In this document: piece by piece, positions 47,262 to 61,249 of the stretch
Layout: each line of letters opens with the position of its first letter
How positions within the stretch are numbered: position 1 is the stretch's first letter
Assembly (NCBI GenBank): GCA_964016885.1
Contig: OZ024741.1
Coordinates: forward strand, 114,514,001 to 114,578,000
Length of the DNA stretch: 64,000 nt
From: Eledone cirrhosa
Taxonomy: Eukaryota
Reading direction: 5' to 3'
Notes under the pieces: model-generated
Databases searched by the model: none
Told to the model about the DNA's origin: nothing
The model's input: only the letters and a program-made list of their open reading frames with translations
Program-made: the position numbers and the translations under genes

Positions 47262-50200
47262 CTATTCGGATTCTGTCTAACACGTGGAAAACGCGCTGGT
47301 GAGTAAATGTTTTAATTTCATTGGAAATTGCATGAACTGAATCTACATTCTTACACCATTTTGTAGATAAGCTGCCACCCGACACTTTGTAGGTGGTAAC
47401 AACCCCAAATAATAAGCCCATCAGGGCGAAAAACGGAGAAATCCCACAAAATTTCTACCGGAATTTTGAATATAGCCAAAATGGCCAAACTCTTTGACCT
47501 CATCTTCACAAAAAACACATCAGAAAATTGTGGAGATGGGCTGTCAATCTAACCTTCCACAGCACTAGTAGCAGGTGAAGGCTGCCTGCCTGCTGTTATC
47601 ATCAACAACAACAACAACAACAGTAACAACAACAGCAACAAAAACAACAACAACATCAAAACTGTCAGCCAACAATTAGACAGAAGTGGTGGAGGGACGG
47701 TAAAAGTGTCAAGCCAACGAACAGTTCGCACCGCTTCATTGAAACACTTCGATATGTTTAAAACACACCCTGACAACAACACCAGCACCACCAACACGAA
47801 AACTGTGAATGGCATAAACCAAAACAACGCCATCAACAACAACAGTGACAACGATAACAAGAAGAACAACAAAACCACAACCAACAACAACACCAACAAA
47901 GGAAAAAAACGAAAACAACATCAACAATAAGAACAATAATAACAACAACAAGACCAATAACTGCAACAAGGAAGTAAACGACAAAATATCATTTGCGCAA
48001 ACCGTAAAGAAAACGGTAAGCTACACTCCGGTAGATATTTCAAATGCAAAAGAGCTTTTGAATAACGCCAGACAGACAATATGTAACTTTTGGGGAGAAC
48101 GGATCATTCTCCATAAACTCTCCCCAGATTTGTGAAGAGAAGCTGCCTTGAAAACTGATTTTCAGGACAATCTAAAAAAAACCACGAAAACCGACTCAAC
48201 TTTCACAAGGCGAAATTGAGTTGGCTTTAAAAAATGCCTTAAAAGACATTGCTTTTATTCAGAAGGGTAGACTCTACGGGAGTTTATCCATTCTAATGAA
48301 AGACCAATTGACGGCACATAAATATTCTGTGTCGCCAATTGTGTCACCGCTGTTCACCTTTTTCCCCACTTACATGGGGAAAAGAACACAGAAAATAAAA
48401 ATCCCAAATATCACACCAAATATTGATATTTGGTGGGTACTATGTGGATTTTTAAACCACGAAACAGTAATATCGGTAGGTAAGTCCCCCGGCGACCTGT
48501 TCAGCGGAACTAGCCTGGAAGTTCTGGTCCAAATGACACCAGAACGAATAGCTAGGATCCCGGAACGTGTGTTGCTGGATGGACTTATATACATAAACAT
48601 TTCGGTAGAGGGTAGGCGGCCCTCATGTTACCACTGCTCAAGCAGGGGTCACCTGAGAGCTTCCTGTCCTCGGCTAACTAGCCCCAAAAAGGCACTACTG
48701 CCAACACCTGCAACACCAGCACAACAATCACCACCACCACCACAACAACAACATAAAAAAATAGTGACAACAAAACAAACGACAAACACAGTACCACCCA
48801 ACCCCTCCCCACCTAAAACAACTCCAGAAACACCCACACACATAACAGCTCCCCAAAATGTACCCCTCCCCAACAACACGGATGAGGCCTCATCATCGTC
48901 ACCCAGTGACGATGAGGGAGAGCCTTTCCGACCAGTAAAAAGAAAAAAGAAAAGACATAACACAAACAAAAATGCAACAAACACACAAACACCAACACAA
49001 GCAACGCAAACAGCACAACCCTCCCCCCTCTGAAAACAAAACACCTATTACAAAATGTAAACACACACAAGAACCACAGACAAAAAGCAACCCAAAACAA
49101 CAAAAATGTTACACCTACATAAATACTAACAATAAAACTTTAACAGACACCATATATAAAAACCCTTCGGTGGAGACCGAAGGGAAAACTTTTACACACT
49201 CTTCGGAGAATCCTAATCTTAAAATGATTAGGATTTCCATCGACACACATAAACAGTTAAAAGAAACATTTTTTAATGACGTAGGTAACCCCTGCGTCAA
49301 ACCCTACAGTCGAGTCCTGTTAAAATGTCCCCCCCCATCCCGCCAGACCCCCCCCACCAAACATCTCTGTCCCCACCCCTCCAGAGACCACCGCCCCACC
49401 AAACAACTCCTCCAACATCCCCATGGAAATTGTGCAGCCTGGTCCCCAGGAGACGAAGAGGTGAGTGATTTCTTTTCCTCTTTTAACTTTTCAGCACCAA
49501 CATGGCCAATATAAGAGTTGGATGTGTGAATGTACGCGGCCTTGGGATGCCCTGGAAACAGGGCAAACTCTTAATGACCTCAGGTCGCACAGTATGGATG
49601 TAGTAGCCATTTGCGAGTCGAGGATCCACAGCGAGCGACAACTGGCCCCCATCTTCGACGACTTTGAGATCTACGCATCTCTCTGTCAGCCGGGAGGTGG
49701 GGGTGGGGTTGCCGTTTTGCTGCGGAAACACCTGGACCTCATAACACAGACGGTACATCTGGACCCGGAGGGTCGACTGGTGGTCCTAGACGTTGACGGT
49801 AGCGAAGGTGGAGCCTTCAGGCTGGTGGCCGCATATGCCCCATCCGGGACACCGCGGCCAGACTTCTTCAAACGTCTAGAGACTTTTCTGGTAACGTCCC
49901 GCTCCCTGCTGTTAATAGGGGACTGAAATGGAATCCTAGATGCACGTTGGGACTATGTGGGAGCATGTCCCGATAGAGGAGGGTGTAACAGCCTCAAACA
50001 GTTAATCGGCCGATTTGACCTGGCCGATAGATATCGACTAGATTTTCCGACTGTGCCACTGTGGACGTGGACTAATCGCAGCGGAACATCTAGATCGTAC
50101 CTAGATAGGGTTCTAGTTAGAAAGAAGGATAGGGACATGTTAAGCTGTCCACAAATGTTCATGGTTGCTTATTCAGATCACAAATTAGTGACCTGCTTAG

Positions 50201-52842
50201 TCAACCTTGACAAAACCTATAGACAGGGACCCGGCTACTGGAAGCTGAACTTGTCGTTACCGACATGCAAAGCCTACAGTAGACGGATTAGCACTTTAGT
50301 TAAGCAGCACTTGACGGGGGCCATTGTCAACAACAGATGGTGGTACTCTCTCAAGAGCACAGTTAGATTAGACTCGATAGGTTTTAGTAAATAATTAGTG
50401 TTAGATAGAAATAAGACCGAAAAGGAACTGGTAGATAAAGTAGAAGAGGCACTTAGGAGTGACAACGTAGCCAGCGTGCTAGCGACGAGAACGGCCTTGG
50501 ACCAGTTCTTCGACGCAAAGCATGAAGGCTGCGTTGTCAGAAGAAAAATACGTGCTCTGGGAAACGAGGGAGCCAAAGCTGTTAGCTGGGCCCGAGTGAC
50601 GGAGGCGAAAAGTGGCAACAAGTCCACGATTCGGTCTTTGAAGGACCAAGACGGACGCGTGATACGTGAGCCGAAGCAAATGTGCGCGGCCTTTCAGCGA
50701 CACTTTGCTCAACTGTTCGGGCAGGGCGGCGCGCCGGGAGGGGCTGTGGATTTCGGTTCATACCTCGACGGCCTACCGCGACTCTCGGACAGCGAGGCGA
50801 AGTTCTGCGAAAGGTCGATTTCGGCCGCTGAGATAGGGGACGCGCTGAGCCAATGCGGCAAACGCAAATCTCCAGGTCTCGACGGTCTACCCTACGAATT
50901 TTACGTAGCAATGCCGGATTGTTCTCCGGTCTCCTGGAAGCGGTCTACTGCAACTAGCAGCAGAACGGGAGAATTCCCAGTTCTGTGACCAAGGGCGTAA
51001 TCACGTTAGCCAGGAAGGACGAGAACAGGGGGATGACATAGACAACTTCCGGCCCATAACTCTGCTCAACACAGAGTTACAGATTTTGGCCAAGGTGTTG
51101 GCAAAGAGGCTGGCGCTTGTCGTCGAAAACCTGGTGGGAGAAGCGCAGACATGCGCAATCCCGACCAGGTCCATACACGCAACCTCCACCTCATGCGATA
51201 CATCATAGAGAGGGTAGGGTGTAAACCCGGCTTCGGTGGGGCCCTGATCAACTTGGATCAGTCTAAGGCGTTCGATAGGGTTGACCATCGTTACCTGGAT
51301 GCGGTGCTCGAGGCGGCAGACTTCGGACCCGTGTTCAGTGGCTGGATTGCTGCAATGCACAGCAGCAACATCTGCTCAAGTGTCAAGGTGAACGGCTACC
51401 GCTCGGAGCCGTTCCATATCACGCGATCCATCCGACAGTACGTACTGACTCTCGAATCACTACTGCGGAAGTTGGAGCTATTGCAGGGCATCGCTTTGGA
51501 ACCGGGACTGCGAAAAGCGGCATCGGCCTACGCCGACGACGTGACAGTAATGGTGTCGAGCACCTCGCAAATCGGGGAGATCGGCACCTTATTGGAGGAA
51601 TACGAAAGGTTCACAGGAGCGAAGCTGAACCGGGACAAATCCGTCGGTTTGCAACTCGGAACGTGGAGAGGCAAACCGATGCCTTCCGATGACGTCGTCG
51701 GACGCTGGACGGAAGGACCGGTAAAGCTGCTCGGGGTCTGGTTTAGTCCGGACCTCCAGGGGGAGAAGAACTGGAACGAGGTGACGGCCAAGGTATTTGC
51801 GCTCACCCAGAAGTGGGCCGAGTGCAAACTATCCTTGAAAGGTCGAGCGGAGGTGGCGAACACTTTTATAGCGTCCGTCATCTACTACCGCTTGACCGTC
51901 GTGCCTTGTCCAGCCAAAACGCTCACCAAAATGGAGCGCGCGCTCTTCCAATTCATTTGGAAGAAACGGGCTCCTTTGGTGAGAAGATCCATCTGCTGCC
52001 AATACCCTTCAAACGGAGGGCTGGGGATGCCGTGGCTGACGATGCGCAAACACGCGCTCAGGCTGCGGCACCTCCACGTATTCCTCACCAGACAACCGGT
52101 GTGGGCCCCATTCGTGAGGCGTGCCTTCCCACGACTCGTCTCGCTGACCGAGCTGCAGTCCTGGGTCCAGCAAAGACCGAGGAAAATGGGCGACTGTCAC
52201 ATCGAATGTGCCCAGGCGCGACGAGGAAACCGTCGCACACGCATTTGTACACTGCCCGGGCGTTACCGACCTGTGGGGCTATGTAGAACGACTATTGTCG
52301 CGGGTGGGACCAATCCAGTTGACCACCGAGTCCATTGTCATGATCAAACCGCCACCCTCCTTCAAAAACGAGGGAGAGGCGGTTTTCCTATGTGTTATGG
52401 CTATGGTGAAAGAGGTTATATGGTGGACGAGGTTAAAAGGGCTGAGGTCAGACAACTTTCTCTCCGGCGAGCAACTGATTCGTTTTTTCAAATATCATTT
52501 TGGAAGAAGAATCAGGATGGAGAGAGAGGTGCTATACCCCAGCAAATTTTATAAAAGGTGGGTGAATGTGGCAAAAATGGCCCGAGTGGTTGGGCCTTCT
52601 CTCTATATAGGTTGAGGAAAAAGAGGAAGAGAGGAGGGGAGTACTCACTCTTGTTGCTCCTGGAGATGAGGGTTGTACATTTTTTCGGGGTGTGTACAAC
52701 CCCTGTGTAACCCCCCCCCCTATTGGGGATTTCAATTATTATTTGTTATTGTATTAATAGTTTTATTTTCATATACCTGTATGTAAACTCCCCATTTGTA
52801 TTTGTCCCCTTCTTCTGTGCCCTTGTGGCTAATAAAGACATT
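47262..52842 (+). mobile_element. Tx1 LINE copy F, full length and decayed, 13-bp TSD TATCTTCTACTAT
   Basis: TSD at 47249-47261 and 52843-52855. ORF1 pieces include CYHCSSRGHLRASC. ORF2 pieces run from ATG 49502 to 52615 with YADD. 3' end GCCCTTGTGGCTAATAAAGACATT. Confidence 0.93.
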
Positions 52843-53099
52843 TATCTTCTACTATAGCTTTAGGCTGACTAATGCCTTGTGAATGAAATTTCGTAGACGG
52901 AAACCGCGCGAAAATCCAGTCCACTGTATCCACAGACACACACACACACGTGTGTGTGTGTCTGTGTCTGTGTCTGTGTGTGTGTGTGTGCGTGTGTGTG
53001 TGTGAGACTCGAAATCTAGTGCTTCAAGAAGATATAGATGAAATAAGTAGCAAACTTTAAAAAAACACTAGGGATAGGTATGATCAATTAAATTAATTT

Positions 53100-53263
53100 A
53101 AGGTGGACCATAACGGACCAGAGCACTCAATACTTACGGTAGTAGAGTGGGTAACAGGAAAATGTTCAAGACCCCGATGGCAGAGCTCGAGCCGTTTTGA
53201 CGGCTATTTCTGGACTAAATTTGAAATGGCTCGAGCTCTGCCGTTGGGGTCTTGAACATTTTC
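53100..53263. repeat. Second copy of the palindrome-cored repeat
   Basis: GACCCCGATGGCAGAGCTCGAGCC ... GGCTCGAGCTCTGCCGTTGGGGTC. Confidence 0.8.
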
Positions 53264-53448
53264 ATATATATATATATATATATATAAGGGATAACAAAAT
53301 ATCGTTATAGGTAATCCAGTTAGAGGTTGTGAATACTTCGTATTATGGATAGTTTAAGCGTACGGCGTTGTTTGACTCAACAAGAGGTTTACGTAGGTGG
53401 CGAGTTTATGATTTCACTTGTATTCCTATATAAGTTTATCTTGGAGTA

Positions 53449-54411
53449 ATAAAATTGAAAAAGTGAAGAATAACATAGTCAACAGTACAAAAAAGGGGTT
53501 CTATTTAGTCTGACAATTGTTTCACTGATTAAGTTGTCTAAAAATTGCTGAACACTTGAAGTAGTGCCACTCAATATCAACCACTTAGATCTATTATATC
53601 CTATTATCATCATTATTATTATAATTGTCATCTTCTGTCAATGAACCAACATCATAACCTCTTATATTTTATTTATATTTAATATATGTCTATCTTTCAC
53701 TTTCTCTTTCTCTCCCTAAATTTATTTCATCTCTGACATTTTATCTTATTTTATCATATTATTTTCACTTCTAACATAACTTACAACTAATTAATCAAAT
53801 AATTAATTAATTATATAATTAATTTATTAAAATAACCAATACACACATAAATATATTTAACATTTTCATGTTTATACCTTCGTATCTCTATATTTTAACC
53901 ACCAACACCACAAATACTCTCAATAATCTTACTATGTTTACTTTTCTCCGCACATATAAACATTTTCTATTTATTTATTTTCATATTTTGTATCATCCTC
54001 GATGTAACTTGTTTATTAGCATTTATTCATTTATTAGCATTTATTCATGATATTTTCCCTTTATTTTTATTTACCTTAATATCTTCTTTATCCTTTTCTC
54101 TCCTCTTTCTATCTTTTTTTCTCTCTATATCTTTGTTTTCCTTTCTCCTTTCTTTTTTCTCTCTTTTTTTCTCTGCATCTTTATTATTAATATTATTAAT
54201 GACGCTGTAATTTGAATTCGTAAAATTACCGGATACATAACAGTTATCTCCGATGATCTGGTTAAGCTAATAACGTATTTGAAATTGAGTGGCACTACTT
54301 CAAGTGTTCAGCAATTTTTAGACAACTTAATCAGTGAAACAATTGCCAGACTGTAAATAAAACCCCTTTTTTGTACTGTTGAGCATGTTATTCTTCACTT
54401 TTTCAATTTTA
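53449..54411. mobile_element. Probable Penelope-like remnant with ~126-bp inverted terminal repeats and a degenerate hammerhead
   Basis: 53449-53575 is the reverse complement of 54284-54411. Hammerhead-like core at 54247-54350. Confidence 0.65.
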
Positions 54412-54452
54412 TATATATATATATATATAGTGAGTGAGTGAGTGAGTGAGTG

Positions 54453-54490
<38 letters not shown>

Positions 54491-57400
54491 ACATACATAC
54501 AGAGAGAAAGTTGAGTGAATGAGATAAACGCTAGAGATTTACATGAACACTTTGTATGGCTTAGTCAATAGTAAAGAGCTGCACAATTTAGATATTCCTA
54601 TAGGATTTTATAATATCGATGATAGAATGGGAGGAATTTTCCATCAAATCGTAGACCTGGCTTATATAGTAATATAGTAATAAAGTTGATCTTCGCTGAA
54701 GGAACACACAGGTTACTGGGTGTTTGTGGTAGCGGTGTTAAACTGAATGCTAGATTAAATCTAATACTCATAATAAGAAATGATTTTGCTGATGAGATTC
54801 AACACTGTTCGGTCGATTCGAAGTTATGGAAATCACTACCCAAATATACCGGACAGTGGAATCGATCGTTAAATCACGTAGTTACGAAAGGAACTTCCAA
54901 ACCGTACAGCTATGTTCTTTAATTGCATTTCTATCTATGGAGCATTGATTGACGATAGATCCCCAGTCCACACGGTTACCAGCCCTGTAAAGGGTTTGCT
55001 TCCAGAGAAGGTCCATGTCTGTCAAGTCGTCCTCCACAGACTTCAACAAGGTCTTGGTGAGTCCGCCTTGTTTCGTACATCCTCCTTCTGGCTTCTATTT
55101 GAGAGATAGCATCTTCTGCCGTTGTACCCTGATGTTATTCAGCAGATTACTCAGCTGAGCCCTTTTGAAGATTGACATCACGACTCAACTATTAATGTCA
55201 CCATCTGTAGGAGTAACGGTATCTAGAATACAGCGTTATCTTGATGTCTCTATACATGTAGTACGAGACAATCCAAACCAGTTCGTGTAGGATAATGAAA
55301 TATTTCCCAATTATCCTGTCTTTTCGCCATAGATAACCACTGCAAAGTGTATGCATTAAATTGCATAAAGTATCGCGTTAGAATTCTACTTAAAGTTTCA
55401 AGATGCATTTCTTTTTAACATAACCAATATCCAAACCTCATGAATTGCGTCATTTGATAGCACGATATAAAATTTTGATTTATTAGACTTCAGAATATTG
55501 CAGCGAAGAAGCGATTTGTAGCCATTATCCTTTCCCAATATCCCTAAAAATTTGGAGTCTTTTCCCCACCCCCACTATTGGCTCAATATGGAATTATTGG
55601 GAGATTACATGGAAACCACAAAATGAATGTGTGATTAAAATAAAAAAATAGCCTCAGTCTCCACCGATTTTGTAAATGTTTCGAAAGAATTTATTCAGTT
55701 ATTTAAGGCAAGACGAACAAATGCCACACAAATGTTTGATTTGAATATCGAACCAGCGGAATATTTCTCAATAGGTTGAGAGCCCACATGGAACGAGGGA
55801 AAGAAATTGGCTTCGAGTTGGATTTTGGCTTAGAGACACCAAAGTAAAATTTTGGTGGATGGGTGGGTGCATAATATATGGAACAGTCCAAAACGCGAAG
55901 CGCCAGTTGGTTCAGCTATGAACTGACTCCGTTGAGGATTTAAGAGTTCGCAAGATTGTAAGTAAATAAATGAATAAAAATAAAGGTAGATATATTTAAT
56001 ATTGCCAGGAAATAATAATTTGCTGCTTGAATAAAGTGAAAGCATTTTGAGTAAAATTCGGCTCGACGGGTGCTCATGTCTTTTTCGATAGCGATTTCTA
56101 TGTAAACGTTAAGTTCATTTGACTCAGTAGAAAAGGTTTTATGTTTAAGAAAAGGAATATCAAGATAGTGTTTGGGCGCATAACTAGGGCTAGTTCTCAA
56201 GAATGTTACTGGCTTTAGATCTTAGATGAAGCAAAACCCCTTATGTAGCTTATACTCTTAAAAACTAAATTAACTCCACAAACTCACTGTCCGCCTATAT
56301 AAATCTGAATATACTTTGTTTTAAAATACTGAACATATTCAAACAACTTAGATAAAGGCAAGGTTGTGTGTTTAAATTCACACGAGGTCCCTTGTTCGAT
56401 TCCAATGCGTGGGCATTTAGAGCAAGCGTCTTTTACCATAGCTTTGACTCGTCCAAGATTAGGTAGACGAAAACTGGAAGTCCGGATGGTTGTACATATA
56501 ATTCAATAGGCCAGCCTTATCACATTGTCTCATACTGATTCCACGGGTTTGTAGAATATACAGTCATGTACATATAGTTCAACGAATTGCCGATTCCAAA
56601 CACCGACAGACTCACCGTCGAAAGTATATATGCACATATGCCACTTCGCTAAAGCCGACATCTCTCCAAGGTAAATTCTAGTACATCTGACCTTAGGGAC
56701 TGAAATTTGCTTCCCTTATAGACGAAAACAGTCTGATATTTTTTTAGTAAGATAAATGAGATTTGATAAAATCTTTTTATGTTAGGCTTTAGACAATAAA
56801 GAAAGGGGGGGGGGGGGGGGCGGGATCAAGACATTAACGACAATGTCGAAAATATTAAGTAGGGAGATTGTGACAAATATTAAGACAGATTTTGTCATAC
56901 AATGAATGAGCAGGTAATTCGTATTTCACAACTAGCGTTCCCTCGACATGGTATTGAACCTTTAATTATAGGAAATTTGGCAAGAGATCTAGTGAAGAGC
57001 AACACTTCTGGAAATATTGTTAAATAAAGTATGAAAGATCAACCCTTAAAAATGTGAAATATAGTACTACATTCATTTACGAATACCGAAATTTTGGTTG
57101 ATATGTTCTGTTTAGCATAAAAGACAAAGCAAAAAACAAACACCTACTCACCCCTTCAAATCCATAAGTTGGGAGTTAGCGCATCAAGAAATGCTTTAGA
57201 ATAAGATTTCAATTGATTAAAGGGCGTTATATTTTAACTTTTATGTTGGAGAGAGAGAGATATTAAAAGGATAGAAGCTGGGTTGTTCAATTATTTTATT
57301 TCACAATTCATTGTATAATTAAATCTTCACGAAGTAACGCATTCCAAGTTATAATCTTTCCCCTACTTATCATAAACCAATAAATAGGATTGAAATTGTA

Positions 57401-58279
57401 ACCTGGGCATTGAAACAAAAACAAACAACATGATGTATCCTTTAAAATGATGCCACTAAAATATTCCCATTAAGCAAATATATTATCGCTTTTAATTAGT
57501 ATTAGAGGTCACAGTTACATCAAGTAAATTTACATTTATGAATCTATATTAAAATATAAAAAAGCCCTTTACAGTTAGAAACATTCAAATTTCAAAACGT
57601 TTTCACTTTGTTAGAATTGAGTAGATGAAAGGTTTGCAATATAATGCGGTTGGAAAACATACATGGTGAAAATTACCTTCACAAATCAACTGGCTATTCG
57701 ACAATAGCAAATTTAACATTCTTAATTTCTACAGAAATCAATATGCATCTAATCCTTTAATTTATATATATTTTTGTTCTATATAAAAATGCATTTTTTT
57801 TTTTTTTTACGAGAATATTGATGAATATTAGACTTAAAATCCACATTGATGTTTGCAAGTTCGATGAAATAGGTTTTCAGAAATTAAAATAAAATCATAC
57901 AGAAAAAAAGTATATATATATATATATATATAGATAAGTTGGTATTCCTTGTGAGATCGTCAGTCTTAATTTTAAAATGCACATTAAACATCCAATTAAA
58001 GCATTTAAAAATAACAGTGAAATAGCATAAACATGTTTTGAAGCCCTAAATCCTTTTTTGATTACTTCCAGTTTTATTCACCGACTTACGAGAGGGGAAA
58101 AACGCAGCCAACAGAATTTTAACTGGACGTTAAGGAATTATTTTAGAAAACAATCTAATTATAAATTTAACTCAGAATTTATATTTTTCACGTACAACCA
58201 TCTAGGATTGAATAAAACATCGATCAATAAGCAGGTGAACTTTACTAGAAGGGCAAACTAGTACGAAATAATGTGTGCT

Positions 58280-58777
58280 TCAGGATTCTTTTGATGTGCT
58301 ATCGCTGGTATCGCAAAATTCGACTACCTTGCAGTAATTTTTATATTTTCTGAGAATGCGGTATATAGGAAGTTCATGAGTTGCAGTGGAATTGGAAGGC
58401 TTTTCGGAAGACCTCTCTAACCCACTTGTCAAGTTATCCACATATACACCCTGGTTGTCTTCTCTTTCGGCTTCAACCCTATTCCGCCGCAAATGGGAGC
58501 GTAGCAATATTTTATTGCGTTTAACAGGACTTGGTGGCAATGAACACGAGTCTTCAGAGTCACTGTCTATTCGCAAAATAGATCTTCTTCGACATCTGTG
58601 GTATATTTTGCTGGTGGATTTATAAGGAATATTAATAGGTTTGCTTTTAATGACAAATGGAATTGTGACTGCCCTTTGTTTTGGGGAAGAATTTGTAGGA
58701 TGAAAAGAATTATTTCCTGGAATATTCGAGCAGGGGAAACTGAAAGCAGTAAATACCTTTGTAAAGATGACTCCCAT
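58280..58777 (-). CDS. Orphan 165-aa basic, Ser-rich protein (putative)
   Basis: Long non-repetitive ATG-initiated ORF in AT-rich DNA. MGxxxTK start, basic clusters, long AT-rich putative 3' UTR. No recognised domain. Confidence 0.5.
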   Translation of the reverse strand: MGVIFTKVFTAFSFPCSNIPGNNSFHPTNSSPKQRAVTIPFVIKSKPINIPYKSTSKIYHRCRRRSILRIDSDSEDSCSLPPSPVKRNKILLRSHLRRNRVEAEREDNQGVYVDNLTSGLERSSEKPSNSTATHELPIYRILRKYKNYCKVVEFCDTSDSTSKES

Positions 58778-59565
58778 TTTAAAATAATTACTTTATCGTC
58801 AGCCACACAATATAAAGTACGTCGACCACGTATTCAGTTTCGTTTTATATTCAAAACGAGTAAGTTCTAAGTTTAAGCGAAGAGTTAAAAAGGAATAATT
58901 ATCTCCTAGCTGTAATAATCGCTAATTGAAACTTCCACCACAGCTGACGACATTGCAATCAAGAAAGTCTTACTAAGTCTATGTATATAAATATTTTCCT
59001 CGATTATAATTGGACAATATTGTAAACTTTAAATTAATACAAAGGTAAATGCGGCAAATTGACGGGGTCATGTGAACAATCCGACTCTCAGCACTCTGAG
59101 TTCAAAGCCTGCCGAGATCAACTTTGCCTTTCAGGCTTTCGAGGTCGATAAAAAACGAACCAGTCCAGTACCGAGTCGATTTTTACTCTGTATCTTTTTT
59201 TCATTTCTCCTCTCTCTCCTTCTCTGGAACAAATCGACTGTGTTCTGACCCGGAGAGGGGATGGGCACGGTCAGCTTTAAAATGTCCAAGATATGCTGTA
59301 TGTCACGACGGTGCCCCTACCACTCCATTAGGAGTTACAGATACATGCGGCTATCAAGTCTAACTAATTTAATTAAATTACAATTATATGCCATAGGAAG
59401 GAACAATCTACTATTAAAATATTGTAAATAAATAATCAACTATTATAAGAATGGATTTGGGGAAATAGAAACAACTTGAGTGTATTACTGGTACACAAAT
59501 ATAAACTTTATATGCATATTACTTCAAAGTAACCAGTCACTATGTACACACACACATATATATAT

Positions 59566-60139
59566 AAATTAGGATTGGTGCTCTGAAATAGCGATGTATA
59601 CATGAATGTATGTATAGTATATTTGCTAATATACCGTATGTTTAATTAAAAACATTTTGAAGACCTTGCGCTATCATTTTAAAGTAGTGATTATGTCACT
59701 TACTTCTTTTTTCGGCAAAGGAAGGGAGAGAAGCTAACAGATTCTGTTTCCCACTGTTGGTGTTCCTCATAGCAACGTACTCCCCTCCTCTTCAGAATGT
59801 TTTTAATTAAACATACGGTATATTACCAAATATACTATACATACATTCATATATACATCGCTATTTCAGAGCACCAATCCTAATTTTTAATATTTGCTGG
59901 ACCGGCAATTGCTCTGTATAATCAGTTCCTGATTATTACTGGAATTCTATAAGAATCCAGCCTCTATAATTTTCGGCAGAGGCGGGGAGGAACACCAACA
60001 GTGTGAAACAGAATATGTCAGCTTCTCTCCCTTCCTTTGCCGAAAAAAGAAGTAAGTGAGATAGTCACTACTTTAAAATGATAGCGCAAGGTCTTCAAAA
60101 TGTTTTTAATTAAACATACGGTATATTACCAAATATACT

Positions 60140-60150
<11 letters not shown>
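59566..60150. repeat. Foldback / nested inverted duplication
   Basis: 59566-59768 has inverted copies at 59797-59886 and 59988-60150. Confidence 0.85.
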
Positions 60151-60190
<40 letters not shown>

Positions 60191-60193
<3 letters not shown>

Positions 60194-60269
60194 GGTGTTC
60201 CCCCCCAAATGTATACACACTTCAACAGCATTTTAATAAATATATGTATACATTTGTTGGGACATCCTG
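60191..60269. mobile_element. Tiny Tc1/mariner-like MITE in a (TA)n tract
   Basis: CAGGGTGTTCCC..AAATGTATACA / TGTATACATTT..GGGACATCCTG imperfect inverted termini. Confidence 0.6.
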
Positions 60270-61249
60270 CATATATATATGTTTCATTCGTATGAAATCA
60301 TCAGAAATCTCTGCTAATTTCAGACGAATGAAACAGTTCTCGTCATGGGGATGTCATTTCTATATAAAATAAAGATGCTTATACTCAAACAACGTATTGA
60401 GTATCTTCTTTAACTGTAGTCCCCCTCCCGATCCCCTTCTGAAATCCACCCATAGATATATAAATAAATTTGAGAGTTCCGCATGATTAAAATCATACAA
60501 AATGAATAAAAAAAGGTGGGTGAAGACAAGGGAAACGGACGAAACACAGGACAGTCCCCTCTCGTCAGTCGACCTCTGGGGATACGTTGTTTCAGTGCTT
60601 AAAAATGGATACAACTAGCTCCACTGCACATAATAACAAATGGACACAAGTCATATTTCAAATGATTAAAATGCCCAAACAATGCGTAAAAAGAATTAAA
60701 ACGTAGTGTTTTATTTAGAATAATCAGTTTAAAGAGACTATTATTAATAAATATAAGATGTTTTGTCTTTCACGCCAGCAACGTTTTAACATAAGTTTTA
60801 GTTGAAGTCATTCTAAAATGTGTTCGAAGTTAAAGGAACAGAGCGTAGATTTTAGGGTATATTTTTGTTTTCCTCTCCTAAATATAACATTTCAGAAATT
60901 GAAAGACAGAGACCTAACATATTACAGAAAAGCATTGATTAGCGGTCGAACAAGTCTTAGTCGAAGCGAAATTTTTAGTGGATCTTTTCTATTTAAGGTC
61001 AGTTTGCAAGAATCATACGCAAAGTCTAGCGTTCATACAGTGGTAAGAAACTCTCATGAGAGCCGGACAGCAGAGATCTTCAGAGAAGACACCCCCATCA
61101 TGCAAGTGTTTCGGCCATTAAGTCTATAATTTTTTCCCCTTTCTTTTCTTTTCCTAATAATAAATTGGGGCATATAGGCGCGCACACATACGTAAGCATA
61201 CATATATGCACGTACATACGTATACATAGGTATGCGTTCATATGCATAT

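Noticed and set aside
55500-56300. Possible gene or promoter in a repeat-poor segment
   Set aside because: Only short non-ATG ORFs are present, and I could not establish a consistent exon structure.
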